Source: an uncultured Candidatus Saccharibacteria bacterium
GTDB taxonomy: Bacteria; Patescibacteriota; Saccharimonadia; Saccharimonadales; Saccharimonadaceae
Assembly (NCBI GenBank): GCA_963528915.1
Contig: CAURWV010000003.1
Span: forward strand, 24,269 to 88,268
DNA: 64,000 bases
Direction of reading: 5' to 3'
Position numbers and translations under genes: made by a program. Positions 17,413 through 26,654 of the stretch are shown piece by piece; positions within the stretch are counted from its first letter, which is position 1, and each line of letters opens with the position of its first letter. The notes beneath the pieces were generated by a model that was not told where the DNA came from, did no database searches, and saw nothing but the letters and a program-made list of their open reading frames with translations.

Positions 17413-17680
17413 AATTATTACCTTAATTCCTTTTTATAATTTAGTAACGTTTATAGTAGGTATTGTGGACAATGGGGAAAAGTATGATTTTAACAGATGA
17501 AAACAGTCATACTTAGCAGGAGGAAAATTAGCGGAAAAATAGCTGGAAGTATGTAGTAAAAATAGATAGTTTATCCACGCAGATACTGTCTGTGATATCA
17601 GATAGCACCAAACGGTGGATAAATGAACACAGTTTTTACTCGAAGCTTTGAACTGGATGTACACATTTTTTACACAGATA
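17413..17680. other. dnaA-dnaN intergenic origin segment (DnaA boxes plus an AT-rich stretch)
   Basis: DnaA-box-like 9-mers: TGTGGACAA at 17464-17472, TTATCCACG at 17571-17579, GGTGGATAA at 17614-17622. A strongly AT-rich stretch at 17411-17460. Non-coding 268 bp. Confidence 0.55.
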
Positions 17681-19039
17681 TTAAGCATAAAGTTTCTCCC
17701 GGATTTCGGCGACCTGCTCGCGAATTGTTAAGTCAAGTTTGATGGCTTTTTCGATTTTATTAACAGAGTGAATGGCGGTAGTGTGATCTTTGCGGCCAAG
17801 CTCTTGGGCGATGCGCGGAAAACTCATGTGTAGTTCGCTGCGCAGCAGGTACATAGCGATTTGCCGCGGCGTGGCGATATATTTGTCGCGCTTGCTGCTG
17901 CACATTTCTTTGCTGTCAATTTGAAAGTGGCGGGCAGTTTTATCGACGACCTGCTTGGCGGTAAGGTGTTGCGGCCGGGTTTTTCGGACATTGCCGAGCA
18001 ACCCTTCGGCGGTGGCGGCATCGGGCGTGGTACCGCGCATTTCCGAGTAGGCGAGCAACTGGTTGAGTGCGCCCTCTAACTCGCGGACATTAGTTTTGAT
18101 ATTTTGCGCTAGGTATTCAATAGTTTCGCGCTCAAGCGTCACACCAGACATACTAGCCTTGGTTTCGATGATGACGCAGCGAGTTTCAAAATCGGGCATT
18201 TGAATATCAATTGCCATACCCCACTCAAAGCGGCTGCGTAGTCGCTCAGTCAATGTCGGGATGCTACGTGGCGGCTTATCGCTACCGATAATAATTTGTT
18301 TATTCGCCTGATGTAGTGCATTAAAAGTATGAAAAAATTCTTCTTGAGTCTTTTCTTTACCGGTGATGAACTGCATGTCATCAACAATTAATACATCTAC
18401 ATTGCGGTATTTATCACTGAAACCGGCGATTTTGAAGCGAATACTATCCAAGAACTCCTTAGTGAAAGTCTCAAAGCTGACATAAGCTACTTTCATCTTG
18501 GGATTGCGTTTGACGATCTCATTGCCAACAGCTTGAATAAGATGAGTTTTACCGAGTCCAACGCCGCCGTATATAAAAAGCGGATTATATTTAGTACCAG
18601 GGTTGGCGGCAACAGCCTGGCATGCAGTATAAGCCAGGTCGTTGCAGGATCCGACTACGAAATTATCGAAGGTATACCGCGGATTAAGCGTGATGCCAGT
18701 AGTCGACGTTTTGTTGCTAGATGACGTGTGATTAATTAGTTCATTTGCGCGATCACGTAGCGAGGCTGTGGTTTCGCGACTGGTAATCTTTTTTTTAGCA
18801 TTTTTAACTTGATAATTAACGTTTCTAGCGTCGAGATTATTTTTTTTGAGGACTTCGCGGATTTGCTTATCAAAACGCTTTTCTAACTGCGATTTGGCAA
18901 AAACATTAACCACACCTATGGTAACCGTATCTTTGTTATAGGATAATAGCTCGGTATTGCGAAACCAAGTTTCAAAATTCGCGTGTGATACAGACAATTC
19001 GATTTCCCCTAAAACGCTTTGCCATAATGAATTGTTCAT
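17681..19039 (-). CDS. dnaA: chromosomal replication initiator DnaA
   Basis: AAA+ Walker A GGVGLGKTHL, Walker B VLIVDDMQF. C-terminal DNA-binding domain (RQIAMYLLRSELHMSFPRIAQELGRKDHTTAIHS). Preferred start is ATG 19039 (MNNSLWQ); the track start at 19060 is a GTG 7 codons upstream. Confidence 0.95.
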   Translation of the reverse strand: MNNSLWQSVLGEIELSVSHANFETWFRNTELLSYNKDTVTIGVVNVFAKSQLEKRFDKQIREVLKKNNLDARNVNYQVKNAKKKITSRETTASLRDRANELINHTSSSNKTSTTGITLNPRYTFDNFVVGSCNDLAYTACQAVAANPGTKYNPLFIYGGVGLGKTHLIQAVGNEIVKRNPKMKVAYVSFETFTKEFLDSIRFKIAGFSDKYRNVDVLIVDDMQFITGKEKTQEEFFHTFNALHQANKQIIIGSDKPPRSIPTLTERLRSRFEWGMAIDIQMPDFETRCVIIETKASMSGVTLERETIEYLAQNIKTNVRELEGALNQLLAYSEMRGTTPDAATAEGLLGNVRKTRPQHLTAKQVVDKTARHFQIDSKEMCSSKRDKYIATPRQIAMYLLRSELHMSFPRIAQELGRKDHTTAIHSVNKIEKAIKLDLTIREQVAEIREKLYA

Positions 19040-19060
19040 TTTGATGATGTATACCCTCAC

Positions 19061-19313
19061 AAGTTTTAATGATTACTTACAATGATAGCGGATTTGCAAG
19101 TTTTCCACAACTATAAAAGTATTGTAATTTGTGTTGATTAATAATATTACAAAACAGAGGTAAGATTTTCCACAATATAGAACGACCTCTGTTAAATTTG
19201 TGGATAAACGAAGCGAAAATGTGGATAAAGACAGATAGTAATAGTATAATTTCGACACATAAGCAACCATATATTGATTATTTATAACGGAATTGTTATA
19301 CTAATTAGCAGTT
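19061..19313. other. oriC segment between dnaA and rpmH (DnaA-box cluster)
   Basis: Two perfect TTATCCACA boxes, read as TGTGGATAA at 19199-19207 and 19220-19228. Two TTTTCCACA boxes at 19101-19109 and 19166-19174. AT-rich flanks. Classical divergent rpmH/dnaA arrangement. Confidence 0.7.
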
Positions 19314-19451
19314 ATGCCAAAGCGAACGTATCAACCACACACTCGGCATCGTGCCAAGACGCACGGTTATCGTGCGCGCCGCGCCACTAAGGCGGGCCGC
19401 GCTGTTCTTAAACGCCGCCAGGCTAAAGGTCGTGCTCGTATCGCACTCTAA
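19314..19451 (+). CDS. rpmH: 50S ribosomal protein L34
   Basis: Not in the ORF track (45 aa). Translation is [45 protein letters not shown], a canonical L34 sequence. Stop TAA at 19449-19451. Upstream of rnpA. Confidence 0.93.
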   Translation: MPKRTYQPHTRHRAKTHGYRARRATKAGRAVLKRRQAKGRARIAL

Positions 19452-19500
19452 ACAGTAATGTCGAGTAATTAAGGAATGGTGCCAGCTATTGGTGCCATTT

Positions 19501-19509
19501 TGTTATAAT
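19501..19509 (+). promoter_or_regulatory. extended -10 element (TGTTATAAT) upstream of rnpA
   Basis: TGnTATAAT match located 15 nt upstream of the rnpA ATG. Motif only. Confidence 0.3.
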
Positions 19510-19523
19510 GATAATTATATTCT

Positions 19524-19874
19524 ATGATTGCATCAAAATATCGGTTTCACGGACATGGTAGTCTGAAGTTTTTATACAAAAACGGTCGAGTTATTAGATC
19601 GCGTTATTTCACGGTCAAATATATTACCAACCGCTACCGATCTAATCCACGTTTTGCCGTAGTAGTCAGCAAAAAAGTTCATAAATCGGCAGTTGGGCGC
19701 AATCGTATTCGTCGTCGAATTTATGAGCGACTACGTATCGATGTTCTGCCGCGTGTTAAAAATGTCGATATAGCAGTTATTGTTACTAGAAGCGAGACTC
19801 TAAATTTACCAGCAGACGAACTAAAATCGTCGCTGGATGCGGTTTTTACGCAAGTATACACTGATATCAGCTGA
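19524..19874 (+). CDS. rnpA: ribonuclease P protein component
   Basis: 116 aa and basic. Contains FAVVVSKKVHKSAVGRNRIRRRIYE (RNR motif). Conserved rpmH-rnpA-yidC order. Confidence 0.9.
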   Translation: MIASKYRFHGHGSLKFLYKNGRVIRSRYFTVKYITNRYRSNPRFAVVVSKKVHKSAVGRNRIRRRIYERLRIDVLPRVKNVDIAVIVTRSETLNLPADELKSSLDAVFTQVYTDIS

Positions 19875-19940
19875 TTATTTACCTTCGAGATGATATAATG
19901 ATACAGATGGTATTTGCAATGAGGAGAATATAAGTTTTTT

Positions 19941-20870
19941 ATGCATGATTTATTCCAAGTAATAATTGCACAGCCGATTTTCAACGCTTTGATGTTTCTT
20001 TATAGCATCATTCCTTGGCATGATTTCGGTATGGCGATTATTATATTCACGATATTGCTGCGCTTGGTGATGTACCCGCTAGTCAAAAGCCAGCTTCATC
20101 AGACTAAACTAATGCGCAAAATTCAGCCGGAGCTAGCCAAGATAAAGAAAAAAACCAAAGGCGATCGTCAAGCTGAAGCTATGCAGCAGATGGAGCTGTA
20201 TAAACGCTATGGTATTAAGCCGATGCGTTCAATGCTGGTGCTAATTATCCAATTACCCGTGTTTATAGGATTATACCAAGTCATTCGGATCATTATTTCG
20301 CTTAAAAGTGATGTAATCAGCCAATACCTTTACGAGCCAATTAAAAATATAGACGTTATCCAGTCGATTATTCAGAATCCAGCAAATTTCAATCACACAA
20401 TGTTGGGATTCATTGATTTGACTAAAACAACCTTCACCAACCACGGTGTCGATTTGTTTTTGCTAGCGTTGGCAGCTATATCGGCAGCGACACAATATCT
20501 CATTACCAAACAAACGATGCCGACTGATAATAAAAAACATAAACGTTTTCGTGATTTAATGAAAGATGCTGCTGAAGGTAAAGAAACAGACCCATCAGAA
20601 ATGAGTGGTATTATGACGCGCGGCATGATGAAATTTATGCCAGTAATGATGTTTTTGATTATGGTAGGTCTACCAGGAGCATTAGCGTTGTATTACACGG
20701 CGTCAAACTTGGTAGCGGCTGCCCAGCAACATTTCTTGTTACAAAAAGATATCGAAGAGATGCACGAGATTGCCGAAGAAATGCCTGTTCCATCCAAGAA
20801 ATCTAGAAAGGCTAAAACTCGCGAGAGAAATGCTAAAGAATCGCACATTACGCGGATTAAAGCGAAGTAG
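19941..20870 (+). CDS. yidC: membrane protein insertase YidC (short, monoderm type)
   Basis: The five-TM YidC/Oxa1 core pattern (IFTILLRLVMYPL, QPELAKIKKK, MQQMELYKRYGIKP), a basic C-terminal tail, and synteny. It lacks the large periplasmic P1 domain of diderm YidC. Confidence 0.9.
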   Translation: MHDLFQVIIAQPIFNALMFLYSIIPWHDFGMAIIIFTILLRLVMYPLVKSQLHQTKLMRKIQPELAKIKKKTKGDRQAEAMQQMELYKRYGIKPMRSMLVLIIQLPVFIGLYQVIRIIISLKSDVISQYLYEPIKNIDVIQSIIQNPANFNHTMLGFIDLTKTTFTNHGVDLFLLALAAISAATQYLITKQTMPTDNKKHKRFRDLMKDAAEGKETDPSEMSGIMTRGMMKFMPVMMFLIMVGLPGALALYYTASNLVAAAQQHFLLQKDIEEMHEIAEEMPVPSKKSRKAKTRERNAKESHITRIKAK

Positions 20871-20876
20871 GAGAGG

Positions 20877-21344
20877 ATGAATATGGATAAAGAACAATCT
20901 ATAGCATACGCAAAGAAATTTATTGAAGACATCTTATCATTTTTTGGTGAAAATATTGCAGTTGAAGCTTCGTATAATGATGATATATTGTCGATTAATA
21001 TAGCTAGTAGTGACCTAAATAGTATTTTGATTGGCCGTAATGCTGAAACTTTGCGAAGCCTTCAATATATAGTGTCAACAGTGTTACGTAACAACGATGC
21101 GGCAATTACCCGTGTAATTATCGATATTGCCGACTACAAAAAGCAGCGTGAAGAAAAAATTGCCGAGAAAGCTCGCGGTTGGATTGAGGAAGTACGTCAG
21201 ACTGGTGATTCGCATATCGCTCATATTAACGCTGCTGATCGCCGGATTGTTCACCGTGTTGCTGCCGATTATAGCGATATTCGCACTTATTCCGAAGGCG
21301 AAGGGCGTCAGCGTTATATCGTTATTGCACAAGCTAGTTCCTAG
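20877..21344 (+). CDS. jag: Jag/KhpB-type RNA-binding protein (KH + R3H domains)
   Basis: R3H motif region NAADRRIVHRVAADYSDIRTYSEGEGRQRYIVI. Position right after yidC. Confidence 0.8.
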   Translation: MNMDKEQSIAYAKKFIEDILSFFGENIAVEASYNDDILSINIASSDLNSILIGRNAETLRSLQYIVSTVLRNNDAAITRVIIDIADYKKQREEKIAEKARGWIEEVRQTGDSHIAHINAADRRIVHRVAADYSDIRTYSEGEGRQRYIVIAQASS

Positions 21345-21383
21345 CAGTATAATCATAAGTACAACAACGAAAGGATTTGGAGT

Positions 21384-21962
21384 ATGAGCACCGGATTAAT
21401 AATTATAATTGTGGCGGTTGTTTTGCTAGTTATAGTGATTAGCGCGATCGCTGGCATGTATAATAGCTTAGTTAAATTAAATATCAAGACTGACGAATCT
21501 TGGAGTGATATATCAGTGCAACTCAAGCGCCGTGCTGACTTGATTCCGAATCTTGTGGAAACTGTCAAGGGTTACGCAGCGCACGAAAGCGGCGTCTTCG
21601 AAAAAGTTACCGAAGCACGTTCGGCAATCATGTCGGCTACACACCCAGCTGAAGCTGCCAAGGCTGATGGCGAACTAACTATGGCGCTCAAAAGCTTGTT
21701 TGCAGTATCCGAAAACTACCCGGAATTGAAGGCGTCGAGTAATTTTATGGAACTGCAAGCGCAGATCACCGATACCGAGGATAAAATCGCTGCGTCACGT
21801 CGCTTTTACAATGCTAATGTCACGCAGTTTAATACTAAGCGTAAAGTCTTCCCGACTAATATTTTTGCTGGAATGCTTGGGTTTAACGTTGACAAAGAAT
21901 TCTTTGATGTTAGTGAAAGTGAACGAGCGGCTATTGAAAAGCCAGTCGAAATAAAGTTCTAA
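21384..21962 (+). CDS. lemA: LemA family membrane protein
   Basis: N-terminal TM, then YNSLVKLNIKTDESWSDISVQLKRRADLIPNLVETVKGYAAHE and ENYPELKASSNFMELQ, which are typical LemA motifs. Confidence 0.88.
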   Translation: MSTGLIIIIVAVVLLVIVISAIAGMYNSLVKLNIKTDESWSDISVQLKRRADLIPNLVETVKGYAAHESGVFEKVTEARSAIMSATHPAEAAKADGELTMALKSLFAVSENYPELKASSNFMELQAQITDTEDKIAASRRFYNANVTQFNTKRKVFPTNIFAGMLGFNVDKEFFDVSESERAAIEKPVEIKF

Positions 21963-22002
21963 ATATCTATAACCAATAAGTTAACGAGGTAAGGAGAGCT
22001 CG

Positions 22003-23343
22003 ATGGAACAATTATTTTTGATTAATATCGAGCTCTTTGCCCGTGCCGGCGGCGGCGGATCGGGTGGTTCAAGTGGTGGCTCTGGCGGTGGTGCTGGAGG
22101 TGGTTTAGCGATGATCGGCTTTATACCGGCTTATATCGTTGGTTCGCAGCTGCGCAAACGACTCGGCCGCGAAGGAATGCCTTTTGTTGCTGCTAATATC
22201 ATTGGTTTTAGCCTGGTGGCGGCGACTTTTGTTCTGATAGCTAAAAATTGGATAGGCATAATTATTGCTTTAGGGGCGGTGGCTGGCATGTCTACCGGAT
22301 TGTACGAACTATACAACAAAATCAAGCAAAGCAAATTGGTACGCGACAAACTGCAGCGGGCAAGTGCTGCCGATCCTGTTTGGAGTGAAAGCAGGCTAAT
22401 TAATCACGCCAAGCAAATATTCTTGCGCTACCAGAAAGATTGGTCGAAACAAAACAGCAAGGCAGTCAAAGCCTATACTACAGAATATTATGCTTATCAT
22501 GCCGGGCTGCTGATTTACACTTTACAGCTGATGAAGCGGACTAACCGGATGTCGAATATTAATATTAGCGACGTTGAAGTTGTCGATATGTTAGATTCAG
22601 CTGATAACAGTCAGGATACGGTGACGATTGGTTTTTCGGCGAGCGCTAAAGATTTGCTTATCGATAACTCTACCGGCGAAACTCTCTTTACCGACAATAG
22701 CCAGTTTACTGAATATTGGCGCTTCCGGCGCCATGGCAACGATTGGTTGCTCGACGGCATCGATCAAGCGACGGCTAATCCGGCAATGTATAATGCGCAA
22801 ATTGACCAGTTTGCCCGACAGAATAATTATTGTTATAGCGCTGATATGGGCTGGCTGTTTATTCCGAAGCGCGGCCAGCTGTTTGGCGGCGCGCAATTTG
22901 GCGTCTCGGATATCAATAATCATGTGGTTGGTTTGTATAACGAGTCATTGCTGGTTCAGCTATATACTTATCAGCGTGCTAATGATGTATCGTCGGTAGT
23001 AATTGCTCAGATTAACGTACCTAAAGAATATGGGCAAATCATTGTTCGCCGCAAGAAAAAACTGCGGTTCGGTGGTATCCGCGGCCTGGAAAAAGTCGAA
23101 ATGGAGTGGGGACAGTTCAACAAACAATACGAGATTTACGCTTCTAATACCGACCAGGCAGCTAGCTTTGAATTATTGAATCCTACATATATGGAACAAT
23201 TGGTGGCTCTTGGTTTTGAAGTGTCGATCGAAGTGGTTGATAACGTAATTTACTTATATACCGAGGAGCGAGGGACTGATGTCGCGATATACCAAACTAT
23301 GTATGACTTGGTGCAAAAAGCTTTCAAAGAGATGAGGCTTTAG
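22003..23343 (+). CDS. membrane protein, Gly-rich N-terminus plus a Tim44-like/DUF3137-like region (LemA-associated)
   Basis: GGGGSGGSSGGSGGGAGGG tract and 2-3 TM helices. The central region (WSESRLINHAKQIFLRYQKDW...YWRFRRHGNDWLLDGIDQ) resembles Tim44-like domains. Common pairing with lemA. The domain call is unverified. Confidence 0.5.
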   Translation: MEQLFLINIELFARAGGGGSGGSSGGSGGGAGGGLAMIGFIPAYIVGSQLRKRLGREGMPFVAANIIGFSLVAATFVLIAKNWIGIIIALGAVAGMSTGLYELYNKIKQSKLVRDKLQRASAADPVWSESRLINHAKQIFLRYQKDWSKQNSKAVKAYTTEYYAYHAGLLIYTLQLMKRTNRMSNINISDVEVVDMLDSADNSQDTVTIGFSASAKDLLIDNSTGETLFTDNSQFTEYWRFRRHGNDWLLDGIDQATANPAMYNAQIDQFARQNNYCYSADMGWLFIPKRGQLFGGAQFGVSDINNHVVGLYNESLLVQLYTYQRANDVSSVVIAQINVPKEYGQIIVRRKKKLRFGGIRGLEKVEMEWGQFNKQYEIYASNTDQAASFELLNPTYMEQLVALGFEVSIEVVDNVIYLYTEERGTDVAIYQTMYDLVQKAFKEMRL

Positions 23344-24431
23344 TTTTTGATAGCGTTTTCATAGACTTGCAAGGTTTGTTCGGCCATGCGCGGCCAAGAA
23401 TATTTTGCGACTTGCTGCTTGCCTTTTTTGGATAAACTAGCGCGGAGCGATTTGTCTATTATAACCATATCAATTTTGGCGGCAATATCGTCGGTGTCGA
23501 GCGGGTCGAAATATAGCGCGGCATCGCCGAGAATTTCCGGCATACACGAAGCGTTACTCGAAACTACTGGCGTGCTATACGACATCGCTTCAAGCGGAGG
23601 CAAACCGAATCCTTCGAGTAGTGACGGAAAAACATAAGCTAGCGCTCGCGTTATAATCCAATCGCGCTCCGCATCCGGGATAAAACCGGTGAAATGAATA
23701 TTTTTATAACCTTTGGCTTCGAAATAATCTTTGTTGCGCTGAGTCGCGGCATTGATGCGGCCAACCAACACTAAACCGAGGTCTGGATATTTTTGCAACA
23801 ACTTCTGGTGCGCGTCGCCTAGGCGGCGGATATTTTTGTAATCTGGCTGTTGGCCAACATAGGTAATAAAGCGAGTAAATGGTGTTTTGTACGGCTGCAG
23901 ACCGCCCTGATGAATCTCGGCAGCTTCGTATATTGTTGTAATTTTATCATCAGCAATACCACAGAACGCCTGATATTCGCGCTTGGTGGTGTTCGAGACG
24001 GTTATAATATGCTGGCTAGTTTTGGCAATTTTCTTGAAAACCCAGCGGCCGACTAGCTGCTTAGCATGAAAAACTAGCCAATTTTTGTCGGAATTGTAAG
24101 TATTGAGCAGTGTCATATCGTGGACGGTGGTCACGTGCTTGCCACGATAGCAAACTGGCTGCTGGGGCATGCAAAAATGGACCAAATCAGGACTAAGATC
24201 GTCAAGAAAAGCTTTGAAACCGATTTGCTCGGCCAGCGAATAATTTTTGAAATCAATCGTTAATACATTAAAGTTGGGATTAGTTGGTTGCCAATAGTCT
24301 TTGTCTTTGGTTGGCACCAGGATGCTATAAGTATTGGTATGATCGATTTGCTGCAAGTATTCTAGCAACTTAACGACGTAAGTACCAGTGCCAGAGTTGA
24401 TGACGCGCGCATCGATAGCGATATGACTCAT
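23340..24431 (-). CDS. glycosyltransferase family 4 (GT-B)
   Basis: C-terminal EGFGLPPLEAMSYSTPVVSSNASCMPEILGDAALYFDP (E-x7-E type motif). 363 aa. Confidence 0.85.
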   Translation of the reverse strand: MSHIAIDARVINSGTGTYVVKLLEYLQQIDHTNTYSILVPTKDKDYWQPTNPNFNVLTIDFKNYSLAEQIGFKAFLDDLSPDLVHFCMPQQPVCYRGKHVTTVHDMTLLNTYNSDKNWLVFHAKQLVGRWVFKKIAKTSQHIITVSNTTKREYQAFCGIADDKITTIYEAAEIHQGGLQPYKTPFTRFITYVGQQPDYKNIRRLGDAHQKLLQKYPDLGLVLVGRINAATQRNKDYFEAKGYKNIHFTGFIPDAERDWIITRALAYVFPSLLEGFGLPPLEAMSYSTPVVSSNASCMPEILGDAALYFDPLDTDDIAAKIDMVIIDKSLRASLSKKGKQQVAKYSWPRMAEQTLQVYENAIKN

Positions 24432-24826
24432 AAAAGCTCCTTTTTGAAAACAACTTTATCATACAAACAGTAATTCCAAACTAGCGAAACAGCGGTAGCT
24501 AATAATTTAGCGGCGAATAGAGCGAGTTGTTCCTGCGAGACAATGTTTTTGATGAGCGGAGTAATCAGCCAAATAATACCGTTTTGCAACACCCACAGCC
24601 CGAATAGCGTAATAATTATAAATGAAATTATCTCATATTTGATATTTTTGTTAGTAGATTTGAAAGTGTATTTTTTGTTGGCAAAAAAACTGAAAACAAA
24701 GGCCGAACCGGTCGAAACGGTATTAGCAGCGATTTTTGGCAATCCCAAAAAAGTTAACAAAAATAACAAGCCGAAATCAATCGCTGTATTGATTGTGCCG
24801 ACGATAGCAAAGCGGCCAATCTGCAT
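24428..24826 (-). CDS. GtrA-family small polytopic membrane protein
   Basis: Preferred start is ATG 24826 (MQIGRFAIVGTINTAIDFGLLFLL), which abuts the stop of the upstream GT2 at 24828. Four TM helices and a GtrA-like N-terminal motif. The longer track ORF (to 24937) would overlap the GT2 gene by 110 nt. Confidence 0.8.
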   Translation of the reverse strand: MQIGRFAIVGTINTAIDFGLLFLLTFLGLPKIAANTVSTGSAFVFSFFANKKYTFKSTNKNIKYEIISFIIITLFGLWVLQNGIIWLITPLIKNIVSQEQLALFAAKLLATAVSLVWNYCLYDKVVFKKELL

Positions 24827-24827
24827 T

Positions 24828-25781
24828 TTATTTTTCACGCTTGGCCTCTTTAGATTCGTGATATTCAGCAACGAAATAACTAGGGCGATTCTTGGTTTCG
24901 CTAAAGACACGGGCGATATATTCGCCGATAATACCAAGACTAATCAATTGAATACCGCCAAGAAATAAAATCACTGCCATCAGCGAGGAATAGCCGGCAC
25001 CGGTCGGGACGCCAAACAGTGGGCGAACTAACAAATAAAGAATATATATAAATGCACCGCATGATATAATCATCCCGAGAACTGACGAAATCCGCAGCGG
25101 CGTAGTAGTGAAGCTGGTGATGCCATCAATAGCTAGGTTGATCAATTTACTGTAATTCCATTTGGTTTCGCCGGCGGCACGCGGATCTCGATCGTAGAGA
25201 ATTTCTTTTTTATTAAAGCCAATCCAGCTAAAAAGAGCTTTAGTATTACGTTGTGATTCTCGCAACAGTTTGAGAGCTTCGATACAGCGGCGGTCGAGTA
25301 GGCGGAAATCGCCGGTATCGCGCTGAATTGGGATGCGCGTTGATTTTTGCAAAATTCGATAATACCATTCGCTAGTTTTTTTCTTGAGCCAAGTTTCGCC
25401 TTCGCGGCTGCGGCGTCGGGCATAAACATCGTCGTAGCCTTGTTCCCACAATTCAATCATCTGTGGAATTAGTTCAGGCGGGTCTTGTAAGTCGGAGTCG
25501 ATGATAACTAATGCGTCGCCTTTAGCGTAATCAAATCCGGCTAGCATGCCAGTTTCTTTGCCGAAATTGCGCGATAGATTAACATAAGCGATTGAAGGAT
25601 TCTGCTTAGCCTCTTTTTGGATTATACTCAGAGTGTTGTCGCTGCTGCCATCATTAACGAACAGGAATTCCAGACGGTATTTTTTGATGGCTTTCTGCAA
25701 ATCCTTGAGGCGCACGAACAATTGCGGCAAAACCACTTCCTCATTGTAGGTCGGAATCAATACAGTAATCATCTTCTTCAT
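24828..25781 (-). CDS. GT2 polyprenyl-phosphate glycosyltransferase (GtrB/ArnC/DPM1-like)
   Basis: VLIPTYNEE, NDGSSDNT and DSDLQDPP motifs. Two C-terminal TM helices. Followed directly by a GtrA-like gene. Confidence 0.88.
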   Translation of the reverse strand: MKKMITVLIPTYNEEVVLPQLFVRLKDLQKAIKKYRLEFLFVNDGSSDNTLSIIQKEAKQNPSIAYVNLSRNFGKETGMLAGFDYAKGDALVIIDSDLQDPPELIPQMIELWEQGYDDVYARRRSREGETWLKKKTSEWYYRILQKSTRIPIQRDTGDFRLLDRRCIEALKLLRESQRNTKALFSWIGFNKKEILYDRDPRAAGETKWNYSKLINLAIDGITSFTTTPLRISSVLGMIISCGAFIYILYLLVRPLFGVPTGAGYSSLMAVILFLGGIQLISLGIIGEYIARVFSETKNRPSYFVAEYHESKEAKREK

Positions 25782-25793
25782 AGGCTAATTATA

Positions 25794-26654
25794 TCACTTT
25801 ATTAATTTAACTAAGGCATCGATTGACTCGGCCACGATAGCGCCAGACTGTTGTAAATAATTGGTTTTAGCGGCGGCCGACTCGAGGACATTAGTACCGA
25901 GAATCGCGCCAGCGTGGCCCATTTGAACGCCGCGCGGCGCGCTATGTCCGGCAATATAAGCGTAAACCGGCTTGCTGATATTTTGCTTAATATAATCTGC
26001 TGCGGCAATCTCGCTAGTGCCGCCAATCTCGCCGATCATGACAATTCGCTTGACTGTCGGATCGTCTTGAAATAGTTGCAGGCAGTCGATGAAATTGCTG
26101 CCGCTGATCATATCGCCGCCAATACCAATGATATATTTTTGCCCGAAGCCGGCTTGCGTCAATAGATTCATCGCTTCGTAAGTCAATGTACCGCTGCGGC
26201 TGACGATGGCTGTATCGCCAAGACAAGCGAGCTTCGCAGGAATGATGCCGAGCGATTGATTTCCTGGCAAGAGCACGCCAGGGCAATTAGGACCAATTAA
26301 AACCGATCGGCTGTCGCGCAACTGATGTTTAATTGCTAGCATATCGTGTATTGGTATACCTTCGGTAATACAAACGATAAGCGGTATTTGCGCTTGGGTG
26401 GCCTCAATAATAGCGGATTTGGCATGTGGTGCCGGTACAAAAATTATCGAAATATCAATTGTAAATTGCTTCTGAATATCACCAATCGTTCGAAAAACCG
26501 GAATTTTATAAATTTCGCTAACAGACTGGTTGGGCGAAGTGCCGGCAATAATGTGCGTACCGCTTGCTAGCATATTTTGCGTGTGAAACCGACCGTTTTT
26601 GCCAGTAATTCCTTGGATAATGACATTTTTGCCAGCGAAGAGCTGCGGCGTCAT
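25794..26654 (-). CDS. sucD: succinate--CoA ligase (ADP-forming) subunit alpha
   Basis: IIQGITGKNGRFH, GPNCPGV, SRSGTLTYE, and the phosphohistidine loop MGHAGAI. ATGA overlap with sucC. Confidence 0.9.
   Translation of the reverse strand: MTPQLFAGKNVIIQGITGKNGRFHTQNMLASGTHIIAGTSPNQSVSEIYKIPVFRTIGDIQKQFTIDISIIFVPAPHAKSAIIEATQAQIPLIVCITEGIPIHDMLAIKHQLRDSRSVLIGPNCPGVLLPGNQSLGIIPAKLACLGDTAIVSRSGTLTYEAMNLLTQAGFGQKYIIGIGGDMISGSNFIDCLQLFQDDPTVKRIVMIGEIGGTSEIAAADYIKQNISKPVYAYIAGHSAPRGVQMGHAGAILGTNVLESAAAKTNYLQQSGAIVAESIDALVKLIK

Noticed and set aside
19452-19523. Repeated TGGTGCCA motif between rpmH and rnpA considered as a terminator or regulatory hairpin
   Set aside because: The two copies are direct, not inverted, so no stable stem forms. 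Only the TGTTATAAT extended -10 match downstream was retained, at low confidence.
22045-22107. Gly/Ser tract in the LemA-associated protein considered as a copy of the T4SS Gly/Ser/Asn repeat (a shared mobile repeat)
   Set aside because: The resemblance is only compositional. The nucleotide sequences and the repeat phase differ, and there is no unit structure comparable to the 48-nt repeat.
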